From the IMG/VR virus record IMGVR_UViG_3300034095_001343, positions 1-64,000 of that record: DNA of 64,000 nucleotides. The stretch is one strand, 5' to 3'. A model generated the notes under the pieces. It did not search any database, had not been told where the DNA came from, and worked only from the letters and a program-made list of their open reading frames with translations. A program made the position numbers and the translations under genes. Below are positions 37,822 through 47,460 of this stretch, in pieces; position 1 is the stretch's first letter; the number at the start of each line of letters is the position of its first letter. Source of the stretch: a virus.

Positions 37822-39162
37822 TCATCGGCTTACTTCTTCCCAGTCTATAGAGGCATAAGCACTTTCACCACCAGAAGTTGTTGCTACAGCTACTTCAAAT
37901 GTTAGTTCATAAGCTACACCAGTAAAAGGATTTCTTTCTAATTGGTTAGCAAAAAGAGCCTGTTTTAATATATCAAGAGAAGGAGAGCCTTGATTAGAAG
38001 AATTAATATATCCACTAGCTAAAATCCTACCTCCTGTTACACTAGTTCCTGTAAGGTTATATTCTACAGAGGAATCACCTGGAGCATTAAACCAAGTTCC
38101 ACCAGAAGTTATAGCTCCGTTCACTACTCTCCATTGGTAGTTTTTACCATTGCCTGTTCCTAAGAAAGAAATAGCAGTTGCAATAATAATAGCATCAAGT
38201 CTAGTAGATTGTAACCTAATAGTTAATATAGGGTAATATGTACCAGCTACAGCAAAAGTTCTAGGTGCAGTAATAGGAACACCAATTGCTTGTTGTGCTC
38301 CTCTAAGTTCGTAACCTCCTTCTGAGATTACAGTAGAACAGATTTGCTTAAATGTAGAAGAACCGGTGGTACCTGCTGTATTAAATATCTCATAACAGAT
38401 AGGAAGAGAAGCAGTAGTAATATAAGTACTAGTAATTAAATTGGCGTGATGGAAAGTATGACAAACAATAAACTGTCCGTTAATTACAAATCCCATTCTA
38501 ACTGAACCAACACCTAACCACTCAAAGTCAGCCCATAAGATTTGAGCTTTAGTTAAATCTAAAGTAAGTCCTGAAGGACCAGTACCGTTTAACTTATCTC
38601 CATTCCAAGCAGACTGTACAACAGGAGTATTTACAACAGCTCCTGTTACAGAAGACCTTTCTACTAATTGAACTGTGGTTCCTACTTGTTCTAAATAATA
38701 ACCATTACTAGTTCCAAAGTATCCAACACGTTGAGTAAGTCCTGCTTTAGCAGAACTCATTACAAATGTATTAAGAACTAAAAGAGATTTACCAGGCTGA
38801 TAAGAGAAAACTTTAATAGTCTCTCTAAGTACTGAAGAACCTGAAGCTGCTGTTACGTTTAAGTCAATAAGTCCTTCGTTAGCATTAAACACTGAAGTAC
38901 CTCCAGTAGCAGTAGAAGTAGCCCAGAGTCCGTTATCATCAAATCTATGGCTTGAATCAAATAAAGTAAAAGGAGAAGATGTTCTCAGTCTGCCAAAAGA
39001 ATCCAAATAAGTTGGGTTAAATGAAATAGCTTCTGTAGTTTGGTTATTAATACTTGTATCAATATCAACTAGTTTCTTAAGCATTTCATAATGCCAAGTA
39101 TACCATTCTGGATGTTGACCATAACCATCTAGGTAGAATCTTCTTTTTGGATCAAGTGTCAT
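37822..39162 (-). CDS. Putative virion structural protein (beta-rich)
   Basis: DSFGRLRTSSPFTLFDS...YQPGKS...FEWLGVG; late block. Confidence 0.65.
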   Translation of the reverse strand: MTLDPKRRFYLDGYGQHPEWYTWHYEMLKKLVDIDTSINNQTTEAISFNPTYLDSFGRLRTSSPFTLFDSSHRFDDNGLWATSTATGGTSVFNANEGLIDLNVTAASGSSVLRETIKVFSYQPGKSLLVLNTFVMSSAKAGLTQRVGYFGTSNGYYLEQVGTTVQLVERSSVTGAVVNTPVVQSAWNGDKLNGTGPSGLTLDLTKAQILWADFEWLGVGSVRMGFVINGQFIVCHTFHHANLITSTYITTASLPICYEIFNTAGTTGSSTFKQICSTVISEGGYELRGAQQAIGVPITAPRTFAVAGTYYPILTIRLQSTRLDAIIIATAISFLGTGNGKNYQWRVVNGAITSGGTWFNAPGDSSVEYNLTGTSVTGGRILASGYINSSNQGSPSLDILKQALFANQLERNPFTGVAYELTFEVAVATTSGGESAYASIDWEEVSR

Positions 39163-39335
39163 TACTTTTTATTAATTTTATTTTGTACTTTCTTTGGAAG
39201 CTCTTTTAAATGAAAAAGATCCACACTTGATTTAGTATGAGTTTTTCCCGTCATAATTCTACCACTACTATCTTTATGAGTATTCTTCCCTTTATAAAGA
39301 GTTCCATCTTTTTTATAATGTGGTACACCTTTCAT
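39162..39335 (-). CDS. Small basic protein (57 aa, absent from ORF track)
   Basis: MKGVPHYKKDGTLYKG...MTGKTHTKSS; fills the gap with overlapping start/stop. Confidence 0.65.
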   Translation of the reverse strand: MKGVPHYKKDGTLYKGKNTHKDSSGRIMTGKTHTKSSVDLFHLKELPKKVQNKINKK

Positions 39336-39574
39336 CTTTTTTTACCTTTATGTAATCCATGACTAGCAAATTGCTTTCCACTTTTACTAGCCTCTCTTTT
39401 TTTAGCATTAGCAGTTGCAAGTTTTTGTCTACCTGCAGAAGTGCTTTTTAATTTAGAAATAGTTGCAGAAGGAGCATATACCTCACCCGTTTCACCAGAA
39501 GGTTTACCAGAAGGAGTTCTCCATTTTTGTTTGGTCCATCTGTCTAGACTCTTTTGTGGTGCCGCTTTTCCCAT
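39332..39574 (-). CDS. Small basic protein
   Basis: QKSLDRWTKQKWRT..GKPS..TGE. Confidence 0.7.
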   Translation of the reverse strand: MGKAAPQKSLDRWTKQKWRTPSGKPSGETGEVYAPSATISKLKSTSAGRQKLATANAKKREASKSGKQFASHGLHKGKKR

Positions 39575-39813
39575 TACTTCATTTTACTTGAAGCAATACT
39601 ATTAAGTTCTTTTACTTTTTCAACTGCCATTTTTTTGACATCTGCCATAAGTTTAGAATCTTTTTGAATCTCAACAGCTCTTTGCAGAGTACTCATTGCA
39701 GATTCAATTTCCCATTTTCTTTGTTCTGCTTTACCACCAAAAAGGGAAATACCAACTGAAGAACTTTTCTTAGTTGGTGTTGATTTTTTAGTTGTTGATT
39801 TTTTAGTTGCCAT
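39574..39813 (-). CDS. Small basic protein
   Basis: TKKS repeats; coupled start/stop. Confidence 0.65.
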   Translation of the reverse strand: MATKKSTTKKSTPTKKSSSVGISLFGGKAEQRKWEIESAMSTLQRAVEIQKDSKLMADVKKMAVEKVKELNSIASSKMK

Positions 39814-40076
39814 TACTTCTTAGTTTTATAAGTAAGAGCTTTAGTTTTAATAGCTCCACCCATTTTCTTTTTTTCAGATAATCTGATTTTGCGGTCTTCA
39901 ACTTTAGCTGCTCTACCTAAAAGTCTATCAGCTTTTTTATCTCTACCTTCATCTACAGCTTTATTTCCTTTACTAACAAGCTCATTTTCTTTTTTTTGCA
40001 GTCTTGCTATTTTTTTTATAGGATTTTTTGCACTATCAGACATTCCACCCATTTGCATTTTTTTTATTGTTTTCAT
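39813..40076 (-). CDS. Small basic protein with xxMGG motifs
   Basis: KMQMGG, KKKMGG. Confidence 0.65.
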   Translation of the reverse strand: MKTIKKMQMGGMSDSAKNPIKKIARLQKKENELVSKGNKAVDEGRDKKADRLLGRAAKVEDRKIRLSEKKKMGGAIKTKALTYKTKK

Positions 40077-40104
40077 AATTTTTTAGTAATTTTTCTTATG
40101 ATTA

Positions 40105-40290
40105 TTATTTTTTAGTTTTATATCCGCCACCAGCGGCTTTATACTCTTTTGCAAGCATTTGTGCTTTTCTAGCAGACCATTGTCCTGGATTACCACCTTT
40201 AGAACCAGATTTGATCTTTTCAAATAAAGATTTTCTCATACCCGGTTTAGTATAATTACCTGCTTCGTTTACTTTACTTTTAGATTGCAT
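40105..40290 (-). CDS. Small basic protein
   Basis: NYTKP.MRK...GG.PGQWSARKAQ...GGGYK. Confidence 0.7.
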   Translation of the reverse strand: MQSKSKVNEAGNYTKPGMRKSLFEKIKSGSKGGNPGQWSARKAQMLAKEYKAAGGGYKTKK

Positions 40291-40510
40291 TGTTTCCTAC
40301 TTTAAATAAACCAAGAGTAATACCTTCTAATAAGGAATTTTTAGCCCATAAAAATACCCAACCTAATAATGATATAGGTATAATTGTAGACCAAGCAGCA
40401 AAATCTTTCTCATGAAATAAATTCATAACAATCATTATTAATGATCCAATCAAAAATAATACACCAATAAAAGTTGTTATACCCTCTCTTAATCTATGCT
40501 TTGCTGTCAT
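40280..40510 (-). CDS. Holin candidate (2 TM segments)
   Basis: Two hydrophobic helices; next to the spanin-like gene. Confidence 0.45.
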   Translation of the reverse strand: MTAKHRLREGITTFIGVLFLIGSLIMIVMNLFHEKDFAAWSTIIPISLLGWVFLWAKNSLLEGITLGLFKVGNNAI

Positions 40511-41010
40511 CCTATTAATCTTTTTATAAACGTTAATATTGTTTTTCTATATGTAATAATTCCAAGCAATGTAATTAAAAAAGACCAAATAATTAAAGGA
40601 AATTTCCACCAATAGCTTTTATAAATAATTACCGGTTTTTCTACCTGCACTTCTTTTGTTCTATAACGGATCTCAGTATTACCTGGTACATGAACTTTAA
40701 TTGTATCTATTCTAGCTTTAGTTTTTAATCTATTATTCTTTAAATTTAGTTCTAAATTAACAAGCTTTCCCTGAAGACTAAATATTTCTACAATCTTTAC
40801 TTTTCCTAAACTGTCACATTCAAGTAAAGCTTCAATATAGGAACTATCTGCTTTAACATTAACAATAGTATCCTTTATGTAAATACTATCTCTTATAAAT
40901 TCAGTAGTATGTGTTTTACATTCATTACATATTATTTCTCTTTGTTCTTTTGTTATAAAACAAGAAGACAAAAGACTACTACCTATTAATATAATAAGGG
41001 TATTTTTCAT
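40507..41010 (-). CDS. Lipoprotein with C-terminal TM segment (unimolecular spanin-like)
   Basis: Lipobox LLSSC; C-terminal WWKFPLIIWSFLITLLGII. Confidence 0.6.
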   Translation of the reverse strand: MKNTLIILIGSSLLSSCFITKEQREIICNECKTHTTEFIRDSIYIKDTIVNVKADSSYIEALLECDSLGKVKIVEIFSLQGKLVNLELNLKNNRLKTKARIDTIKVHVPGNTEIRYRTKEVQVEKPVIIYKSYWWKFPLIIWSFLITLLGIITYRKTILTFIKRLIG

Positions 41011-41031
41011 TATTTTAGATACTAAGTTTTA

Positions 41032-41373
41032 TTATACTGTTACAACCTCAATATTATCAGCACCATATATAGGTGTAAGGGTATCCACTACAAACTCAAT
41101 TAACATGGCCTCCGCTGCCTCTGTTTCATATCTTAAAACTGCCAGCTCTCCTGTTAGTGTGGTGTTAAAATCTGATACATTTGGAATGGATGTTTTTCCA
41201 TCTAAAAACGCCTGCTCATTTTGATACAATAGAGTTGCTACTTGGGTGGGGATATACCCATCTTTTTGGCTTTTGTTATCTGTGTATGCCTCGGCAATTA
41301 CTAAGATACTTCCACTTGCTACGACCATACCGCTAGACAAGTTTACTTCTGAATTAATTTTTACTGTTTTCAT
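41032..41373 (-). CDS. Hypothetical (tail-associated) protein
   Basis: ORF in the tail-fibre cluster. Confidence 0.6.
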   Translation of the reverse strand: MKTVKINSEVNLSSGMVVASGSILVIAEAYTDNKSQKDGYIPTQVATLLYQNEQAFLDGKTSIPNVSDFNTTLTGELAVLRYETEAAEAMLIEFVVDTLTPIYGADNIEVVTV

Positions 41374-41398
41374 TTTTATTTGTTTTTTATTTTTATGA

Positions 41399-41635
41399 TT
41401 ATACTATTTCTGGCAAATTTACTTCAAATTCTGTTGGTTGTCCTAATATTGGAACAAGAGATACATCATACATAATATACCAAAATACAGGCACATTTAA
41501 ACCTGCATATAAGTAATTTGTCCAATGTGTAGTAGTATCACTTTCATTTGCAGGAATACCATGATAAACATCACACGCACTTATAGCATCTTTTGCATCT
41601 TGTTCTGTGTTGTATTTATATCCGTTATATACCAT
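41399..41635 (-). CDS. Hypothetical (tail fibre accessory) protein
   Basis: ORF in the tail-fibre cluster. Confidence 0.6.
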   Translation of the reverse strand: MVYNGYKYNTEQDAKDAISACDVYHGIPANESDTTTHWTNYLYAGLNVPVFWYIMYDVSLVPILGQPTEFEVNLPEIV

Positions 41636-42500
41636 AATATGCCCTAATATTATTTACAATGTTTACTTCATTTGATGAATTGTCTCCACTAAACATTACT
41701 ACCTCTTGAATTTGTCCGTCTAAAAAGTCCTGACTGTTATTATTTAATGAACCAAGTCCTAATTTTACTAATGTTGTTCTTGGTGTGCCTGAATAGGTGG
41801 CAGTATTATTCGCTCCACTGTTTAATCCTGCACGTATTTGAGTTCCAACTTTTGATGTTTTAAATACATATTGAGTATTTGCGGAAACTGTTGGGCTATT
41901 TACTGTAGTAAATGAACCTGCTGTATTAAAAAATAAATTTCTTACAACATTTGTAGATCTATAAATATATTGAGCCACTCTACCATTAGGTAAAACTAAG
42001 TCATCTTGGTCTAATATTGAACAATTTAAGGGAGCCGTTGTATTTACTAAACCAACTGCACACGCTAAAAATTCCCCATTTTGTACACTAACCCCTGCAG
42101 ATGTAAGTAATCCTGTACTTGATGCAGATATAAATTGACAAGATGCTAATAGATTTATAGTATTTAAAACTCCTGATATTACAATTTTTGGCTGCTTTAA
42201 TGCAGTAGTTTGTAACACATCATAAGTAGACCCTCCCACCTGCGAATACCACTTTACTACAAATCCATCTGTAGCAGAACAGAATGATAGCAAACTTGCT
42301 GTATCTAAAACATTTGCAACAAAACCTATGTCTGATTCTGCATTATCACTTGAACGTCTTACACGAATTGCCGCTCCTCCATAAGCATTTGTCAACTTTC
42401 TTAAAGAATATGCAGCCGTGCTATTTGGATATAAATCCAATAACAACGGGGTTGCAGGTGTTGCTGAAGTAGCTAATATGCCGTTTATTGCTAATATCAT
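41625..42500 (-). CDS. Tail-associated lectin/concanavalin-like protein
   Basis: AAYSLRKL...AIRVRRSSDNAESDIGF...DGFVVKWY...GQIQEVV. Confidence 0.65.
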   Translation of the reverse strand: MILAINGILATSATPATPLLLDLYPNSTAAYSLRKLTNAYGGAAIRVRRSSDNAESDIGFVANVLDTASLLSFCSATDGFVVKWYSQVGGSTYDVLQTTALKQPKIVISGVLNTINLLASCQFISASSTGLLTSAGVSVQNGEFLACAVGLVNTTAPLNCSILDQDDLVLPNGRVAQYIYRSTNVVRNLFFNTAGSFTTVNSPTVSANTQYVFKTSKVGTQIRAGLNSGANNTATYSGTPRTTLVKLGLGSLNNNSQDFLDGQIQEVVMFSGDNSSNEVNIVNNIRAYYGI

Positions 42501-42501
42501 T

Positions 42502-45039
42502 TTATACCGCTATATCTCCAAACAAATACCATTCATTTGTAGCAATCTTAATCAATGTTGCTCCGCTATATTGACCGCTTAATTTCAACTTGCCTCCATT
42601 ACTTCTAATTGTCACCCCACCTGTTGCTACAACTGTTGTCTGTCCTGCACCATATTGTGAGATTAATATCTGTGTGCCTACGCTATATGCAACTGTGCTA
42701 TCCAATGGAACAGTTAAATTGTTTGCACTTCCCACATTCATCTCCACTAATTTATTTGCATCACCAAGAACTAAAGTATATGATGCAGCTTGTCTGTTGG
42801 TAGTAACTAATTTTGTGTCTTCCCACGCAGTACCGTTATAAAAATTATTTGAATTTGTTGTTGTGTTGTATATCTCAAGTCCTGTTGCCGGAGATACTAT
42901 AGCATTTCTTTGGGTTGTAGTCATTCTTGGCATCAAAAACCCTTGTGTGGTACTATCTGCTTGAAGGACTGCACTTGCATTTACTGCCGATGTATTGAAA
43001 TATCCGCCTCCGGTAACACTTTCAAAAGCTCTGTGATCTATTGTGCCGGTTAATGTCGGGTTGTGGTATATTCCCCTAAATATTTTTGTCCCGGTCTGCA
43101 AGTTCATATTAATTGCCGGATTAATCTCGATTTGGTTTACTGTTACGTTAGTTGCAGGTAATACGGCAATATATCCTTGATTTACTTCAACGTGTTTTCT
43201 GGTTCCGGCTGTAATTGCTATTGTATTAACCGTAGTATTTCCAATAGTCACCCAACCAATATTTGCATTTACCGGCTGAATAGCTACACCAGTAGCATTC
43301 CCCTCAATAGTTAATACACTATTGTTAAGAGTAGTTATTGTATTTGGAACAAAAATAGTATTAGTATCTAATCTTAATACACCTGTACTTCCATTATTAA
43401 CTTGAAACCTTGTACCAGCAGGGTGTCCAAAACTACCACCACCAAACTTTACCGCACCATCATCTCTGATTTGCAGCGTATCATTCCCGGCACTATCTGT
43501 ATTGATCTGACTAAAAGTAGCCGTTGTTGTTCCACTTCCTTTAATTAATGTTTGTTGACCAAATCGTTGCCAAGCTGCACCATCATAAATGTCCGTTGTT
43601 TTTGTTGTGGTATTATAGATACTTAACCCGATTGCAGGTGTGGCTATGGCATTTCTTTGTGCCGTTGTCATTCGTGGCATTAAAAAACCTTGTGTAGTGC
43701 TATCTGCTTGCAATACTGCGCTGGCATTTACAGAGGTTGTATTAAAATGCCCTCCTCCGGATGATGATTCAAAGGCTCTGTGGCTTGTTACTCCTGTTAC
43801 TGTTGGATTATGATAAAATCCTCTAACTATTTTTGTCCCAGTACCGGTGGTGAGATTTATTACATTCTCACTTTTTAAGATATTTACTTCAGGATTTGTA
43901 GATACAGCAAAAGCAGTCCAGTTTCTTGTGAATCTTATAAAATTAAATTCTCCACTATAGGGAGCTGTGTTAACTTCTGAACCTCCAAAGTCTATGGTTG
44001 CAGAGTTGGGGTTTCCATTTCTAAAAGTAATACTTCCGGTTGGTTGTAATAGGCCATTCATAGAGCGCAAAACTGCACTATCTCCAAAAACACAATCACT
44101 TTGCGAAACTGCCAAACATACGTTGTCTGCTTGGTCTTTTACTTGAAATCTGACACTGAAGCTAAGGGCTCCATTAGGCCCAACAAATGCTGTCCCATCA
44201 TCTCGAACGGAAAACTGCAAAACATTAGAGCTATTGGTTATTATTTGACTAAATGTCGCTGATGTTGCTCCACTGCCTTTTATATTTAATTTTGCAGCTC
44301 CTCCAACAGCTACTCCAATACTCATTCTGGTGTTTGCGGTGTCAAATTGTAAAAGACTATTTTTTGCCAGCTGAATTGCAGAATCTACAAAGAGCATATC
44401 TCCGGAGGCTGCTCCAGATACTGCGTCTCCTATGGCTATCCCTCCAACACTTGATGAAGCAATGGTTATAATTCCATCTGCTGACGTTCCCGTAGTTGTT
44501 AATGTTATTCCACTACCTTCTACTAATTTTACACTTCCACCTGTTGCAGATAAAGTTGCTGTATGTGAAGTTGCATCTGATGTGTTAGCTAAGGTCTGAT
44601 TTCCGCTATTTGTTCCGCTTGTATTGCCTATTACTGTTAATTGTGCATCTGTTACATAGTTCTTATTAGTACTTGCTGCTATATCTGCTGTGGTTGCATC
44701 TGCACCTGCTGTTACAAGTCCTTTGGCATCATAGGTTATCTTGGTCTTTGTTGCACCCGTGATAGCTGCATTTTCATCAACCTTGCTATCTAATGCACTT
44801 TGTAAATCGGTTTGTAATGAAAGTGTACCCGTAATGCTACCCCATGTAAGAGAAGTAGAGCTTGCAATCCAAGTTTTAAGAGTTTTTAAACTCATTATAA
44901 ATGGTTGCATTCTGGGATTTGGCTTTAAAGCCTCTTGCGGATTATCAAAAGCAGCTAAAATGATATAATCATCATTTTTTGGAGACTTTGTTTGTTTTCT
45001 TTTAAGTAACCCTAATATGTCTTGAAGTACAGTATTCAT
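42502..45039 (-). CDS. Tail fibre protein with internal ~249-aa duplication
   Basis: T/S/G-rich; two STTQGFLMPRMTT.QRNAI..PA.GL.IYNTT units. Confidence 0.8.
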   Translation of the reverse strand: MNTVLQDILGLLKRKQTKSPKNDDYIILAAFDNPQEALKPNPRMQPFIMSLKTLKTWIASSTSLTWGSITGTLSLQTDLQSALDSKVDENAAITGATKTKITYDAKGLVTAGADATTADIAASTNKNYVTDAQLTVIGNTSGTNSGNQTLANTSDATSHTATLSATGGSVKLVEGSGITLTTTGTSADGIITIASSSVGGIAIGDAVSGAASGDMLFVDSAIQLAKNSLLQFDTANTRMSIGVAVGGAAKLNIKGSGATSATFSQIITNSSNVLQFSVRDDGTAFVGPNGALSFSVRFQVKDQADNVCLAVSQSDCVFGDSAVLRSMNGLLQPTGSITFRNGNPNSATIDFGGSEVNTAPYSGEFNFIRFTRNWTAFAVSTNPEVNILKSENVINLTTGTGTKIVRGFYHNPTVTGVTSHRAFESSSGGGHFNTTSVNASAVLQADSTTQGFLMPRMTTAQRNAIATPAIGLSIYNTTTKTTDIYDGAAWQRFGQQTLIKGSGTTTATFSQINTDSAGNDTLQIRDDGAVKFGGGSFGHPAGTRFQVNNGSTGVLRLDTNTIFVPNTITTLNNSVLTIEGNATGVAIQPVNANIGWVTIGNTTVNTIAITAGTRKHVEVNQGYIAVLPATNVTVNQIEINPAINMNLQTGTKIFRGIYHNPTLTGTIDHRAFESVTGGGYFNTSAVNASAVLQADSTTQGFLMPRMTTTQRNAIVSPATGLEIYNTTTNSNNFYNGTAWEDTKLVTTNRQAASYTLVLGDANKLVEMNVGSANNLTVPLDSTVAYSVGTQILISQYGAGQTTVVATGGVTIRSNGGKLKLSGQYSGATLIKIATNEWYLFGDIAV

Positions 45040-45040
45040 T

Positions 45041-45358
45041 TTAATAACTATTTAAAGTGGATCTTTTCCAGGTATTTAATGCTACGCAAATATAAATAAA
45101 ATTTGCATCAATTTTAATATCTCCTGGTTGTCCAGAAGATGTTGATATACTAACAGTGCCTTGTGAAATCTTTGTAGAAGGAATGGCAGCTATATCAGAA
45201 AGCTTAGCTAAACGTACACTTCTATAAGGAACTGGTGAAGCAACACCTACCATATCAGGTTCTTCATGAACTCCAACCACAAAAACATCATTGGCTTTAA
45301 GTTCTTTAACGTATTGCTTCTTTTTTAATAATAAAAGTATATCTGTTAAAATATTCAT
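45041..45358 (-). CDS. Short tail-associated protein sharing its N-terminus with the tail fibre
   Basis: MNILTDILLLLKKKQ vs MNTVLQDILGLLKRKQ; C-terminal GDIKIDANFIYICVALNTWKR. Confidence 0.65.
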   Translation of the reverse strand: MNILTDILLLLKKKQYVKELKANDVFVVGVHEEPDMVGVASPVPYRSVRLAKLSDIAAIPSTKISQGTVSISTSSGQPGDIKIDANFIYICVALNTWKRSTLNSY

Positions 45359-45660
45359 TTCTTATAACCATTTATTCTAGAAGGCATGCTACCACCAATT
45401 TGTTTCTTTTTTAAGTTTTTCATATCACCACCACACTTATAACAAGGTTTTGGCATATTACCTCCCATTCTCATCTTCTCTACAAAATCTTCCGACATGT
45501 CAATGGTACCACCCATTTGCATAAGTTTACCAAGAAACTTTTCACCTCCCATTTTCTTAAAGCCCATTTTATTACGGACTTCAGTTGGAAGTTTGCCTAA
45601 GCTTTTTTCTTTTCCAGTAGGAACATTTTTAAGTTCCGAACCCATTTTGTATTTTTTCAT
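45355..45660 (-). CDS. Small basic protein with repeated xxxGG motifs
   Basis: KKMGG, MQMGG, MRMGG, YKCGG, KQIGG. Confidence 0.65.
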   Translation of the reverse strand: MKKYKMGSELKNVPTGKEKSLGKLPTEVRNKMGFKKMGGEKFLGKLMQMGGTIDMSEDFVEKMRMGGNMPKPCYKCGGDMKNLKKKQIGGSMPSRINGYKK

Positions 45661-45670
45661 TGTTTTGATT

Positions 45671-45820
45671 TTAATATATATCTAAGGTCAAAGTTATAAA
45701 TAATAAATAAAATGTCAAAGTAAAAAATGGTTGTTCTTCAGTTGGATTAACTGTATCCCACCCTAAAGCAAATCTATCATGAGGCCAATGAAAAGCTATT
45801 TCTAAAATAAAATTTGTCAT
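45671..45820 (-). CDS. Small protein (49 aa, absent from ORF track)
   Basis: MTNFILEIAFHWPHDRFALGW...; fills the gap. Confidence 0.55.
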   Translation of the reverse strand: MTNFILEIAFHWPHDRFALGWDTVNPTEEQPFFTLTFYLLFITLTLDIY

Positions 45821-45823
45821 AAA

Positions 45824-45973
45824 TTATCTACCTTGACTTCTATAAGGTTTTTTATAGAGTTTACTATTTTTATTCTTACTATTTTTTGTTTTACTATGAA
45901 CACCAGGTCTGGAAATCTTTGGACGTGTCTTAAAAGTAACAGAACCTAATGATGATTTTTTACTTGCTGCCAT
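45824..45973 (-). CDS. Small basic protein (49 aa, absent from ORF track)
   Basis: RPGVHSKTK.SKNK.SK.YKKPYRSQGR. Confidence 0.6.
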   Translation of the reverse strand: MAASKKSSLGSVTFKTRPKISRPGVHSKTKNSKNKNSKLYKKPYRSQGR

Positions 45974-45975
45974 TT

Positions 45976-46176
45976 TTATTTTCTTTTAATATTTTTCCAC
46001 ATAGCAGCTGCAGCCACTTTTTTTCCTGCCTCTTCTGATCCATATTTCTTAGATGCTTTGGCTGCAATTTTTTCAAAGGTCTTACCTTTTTTACCAATAT
46101 CTTTACCAGCTCTAGCAGCTTTAGCAACACTACTTCTTTGTGATTTAGTAGTTCCTGAAGATGGTTTATTTTTCAT
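45976..46176 (-). CDS. Small basic protein
   Basis: KDIGKKGKTFEKIA...YGSEEAGKKVAAAAMWK. Confidence 0.65.
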   Translation of the reverse strand: MKNKPSSGTTKSQRSSVAKAARAGKDIGKKGKTFEKIAAKASKKYGSEEAGKKVAAAAMWKNIKRK

Positions 46177-46182
46177 ATTATA

Positions 46183-46431
46183 TTAAATTTTAGGTTTTCT
46201 ACCTTTCCGTTTTTCTCCTTTAAGACTGTTACCAACATCTTCCAACTGAGTACCAACTTCTTTAAGAGTTTTTTTTACATCTTCTAATTCAACAGTAACA
46301 GCTTTAGTTCTAGCTTTAACTTCATTAGTTACACTAATAGCTTTTTCATCAATAGTTGTTTTAGACCAAATCCAGTTCCATCCTTTTTGTAAGGAGAATG
46401 TCCAAATAGCATGTAAGACTTTTTTAATCAT
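46183..46431 (-). CDS. Hypothetical coiled-coil protein
   Basis: Start ATG 46431, downstream of a promoter motif. Confidence 0.55.
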   Translation of the reverse strand: MIKKVLHAIWTFSLQKGWNWIWSKTTIDEKAISVTNEVKARTKAVTVELEDVKKTLKEVGTQLEDVGNSLKGEKRKGRKPKI

Positions 46432-46451
46432 TATGAATTGTTTTATATAAT

Positions 46452-46481
46452 CAATATACAAAAAATTTTGAAAAAAATCAA
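46452..46481 (-). promoter_or_regulatory. Bacteroidota-type promoter
   Basis: TTG-N20-TATATTG on the minus strand. Confidence 0.5.
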
Positions 46482-46482
46482 A

Positions 46483-46797
46483 CTAAATATTTTTAAGCCT
46501 CTCGTTTTCTTTTTCTAAAAAAGTAACCTTAACACGTAGTTCACTTATTTCCCTTGTTAAAGAAAGAATCTGATTTCTCATTTCATCTTTCTCTTCAGAG
46601 CTTTGCTGCAGAAGTTGTTCAAGTCTTTTCACTCTATCTCTTAAATCATCCCTATACATATTATGATCATTTTTTTGATCTTCTGTATTCTTTGCTTTTA
46701 ATTTCATTTTTACTTCATAGAATTTCCAAGCTCCTGCTGAAAATAAGACTGTTACTATTGTAACAATAACGGTTGTAATACTATCTAGGGTAGCCAT
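46483..46797 (-). CDS. TM-anchored coiled-coil protein (holin/lysis-associated candidate)
   Basis: N-terminal TM segment followed by heptad repeats. Confidence 0.6.
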   Translation of the reverse strand: MATLDSITTVIVTIVTVLFSAGAWKFYEVKMKLKAKNTEDQKNDHNMYRDDLRDRVKRLEQLLQQSSEEKDEMRNQILSLTREISELRVKVTFLEKENERLKNI

Positions 46798-47165
46798 TCT
46801 TTATATTTTAAATAATAATGATTACTTAATCTTTTTAAATTAAAAAATGCACTTATTGATACAAGAACCCATCCCCAATGTGTAGGATCTTTAGGTAATT
46901 TACCAATAAGAAAATAATATGTAATTACGACTATTGAAAATAAAAAGACACCTAAACCAAGTGTCTTTCTTATTTTAATAGTGTGTAAACAGGCACCTTT
47001 AATGGATGCAAAACCTATTAAAACACTAGGAATGATAAGCCAAAGATTAAAGTTACAATCTAATGTATGTACAATTGGAAAAAATATTAACCATATAATA
47101 CCCTGAGTGATTTCAGTTGGCTCAGAGTCATAATAAGTTAATATTGTACGTAATCTTGATAACAT
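46785..47165 (-). CDS. Membrane protein (~4 TM segments)
   Basis: Hydrophobic segments. Confidence 0.6.
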   Translation of the reverse strand: MLSRLRTILTYYDSEPTEITQGIIWLIFFPIVHTLDCNFNLWLIIPSVLIGFASIKGACLHTIKIRKTLGLGVFLFSIVVITYYFLIGKLPKDPTHWGWVLVSISAFFNLKRLSNHYYLKYKEWLP

Positions 47166-47265
47166 TTGACTTAAATTACTTGTGTAATTTATTTATACTA
47201 TAATATACAAATAAATTATTTCTCTTCATACAAAAAACCCCATTAAAATTTTTAAATTTGCAATT

Positions 47266-47460
47266 ATGAATAAAGTTGACAAAGTAATGTTTGACCATAA
47301 AGTTGATGTTACATTTTTACCAAAGGAACCCCTTTTTGGAATTAAGGGTATAAACTGTGAGGTCTTATGCATCGATGATGTTTATAGACCTGTTTACGGA
47401 TTTGAAATAGGATTACTTTTTTTTAAATTTTCTTATGTACATCTTTTTTGGAAAGATTAG
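47266..47460 (+). CDS. Hypothetical protein
   Basis: ORF track. Confidence 0.5.
   Translation: MNKVDKVMFDHKVDVTFLPKEPLFGIKGINCEVLCIDDVYRPVYGFEIGLLFFKFSYVHLFWKD

Noticed and set aside
41625-45039. Diversity-generating retroelement targeting tail genes
   Set aside because: No reverse transcriptase in the window; the repeat differs at all base types and codes in frame
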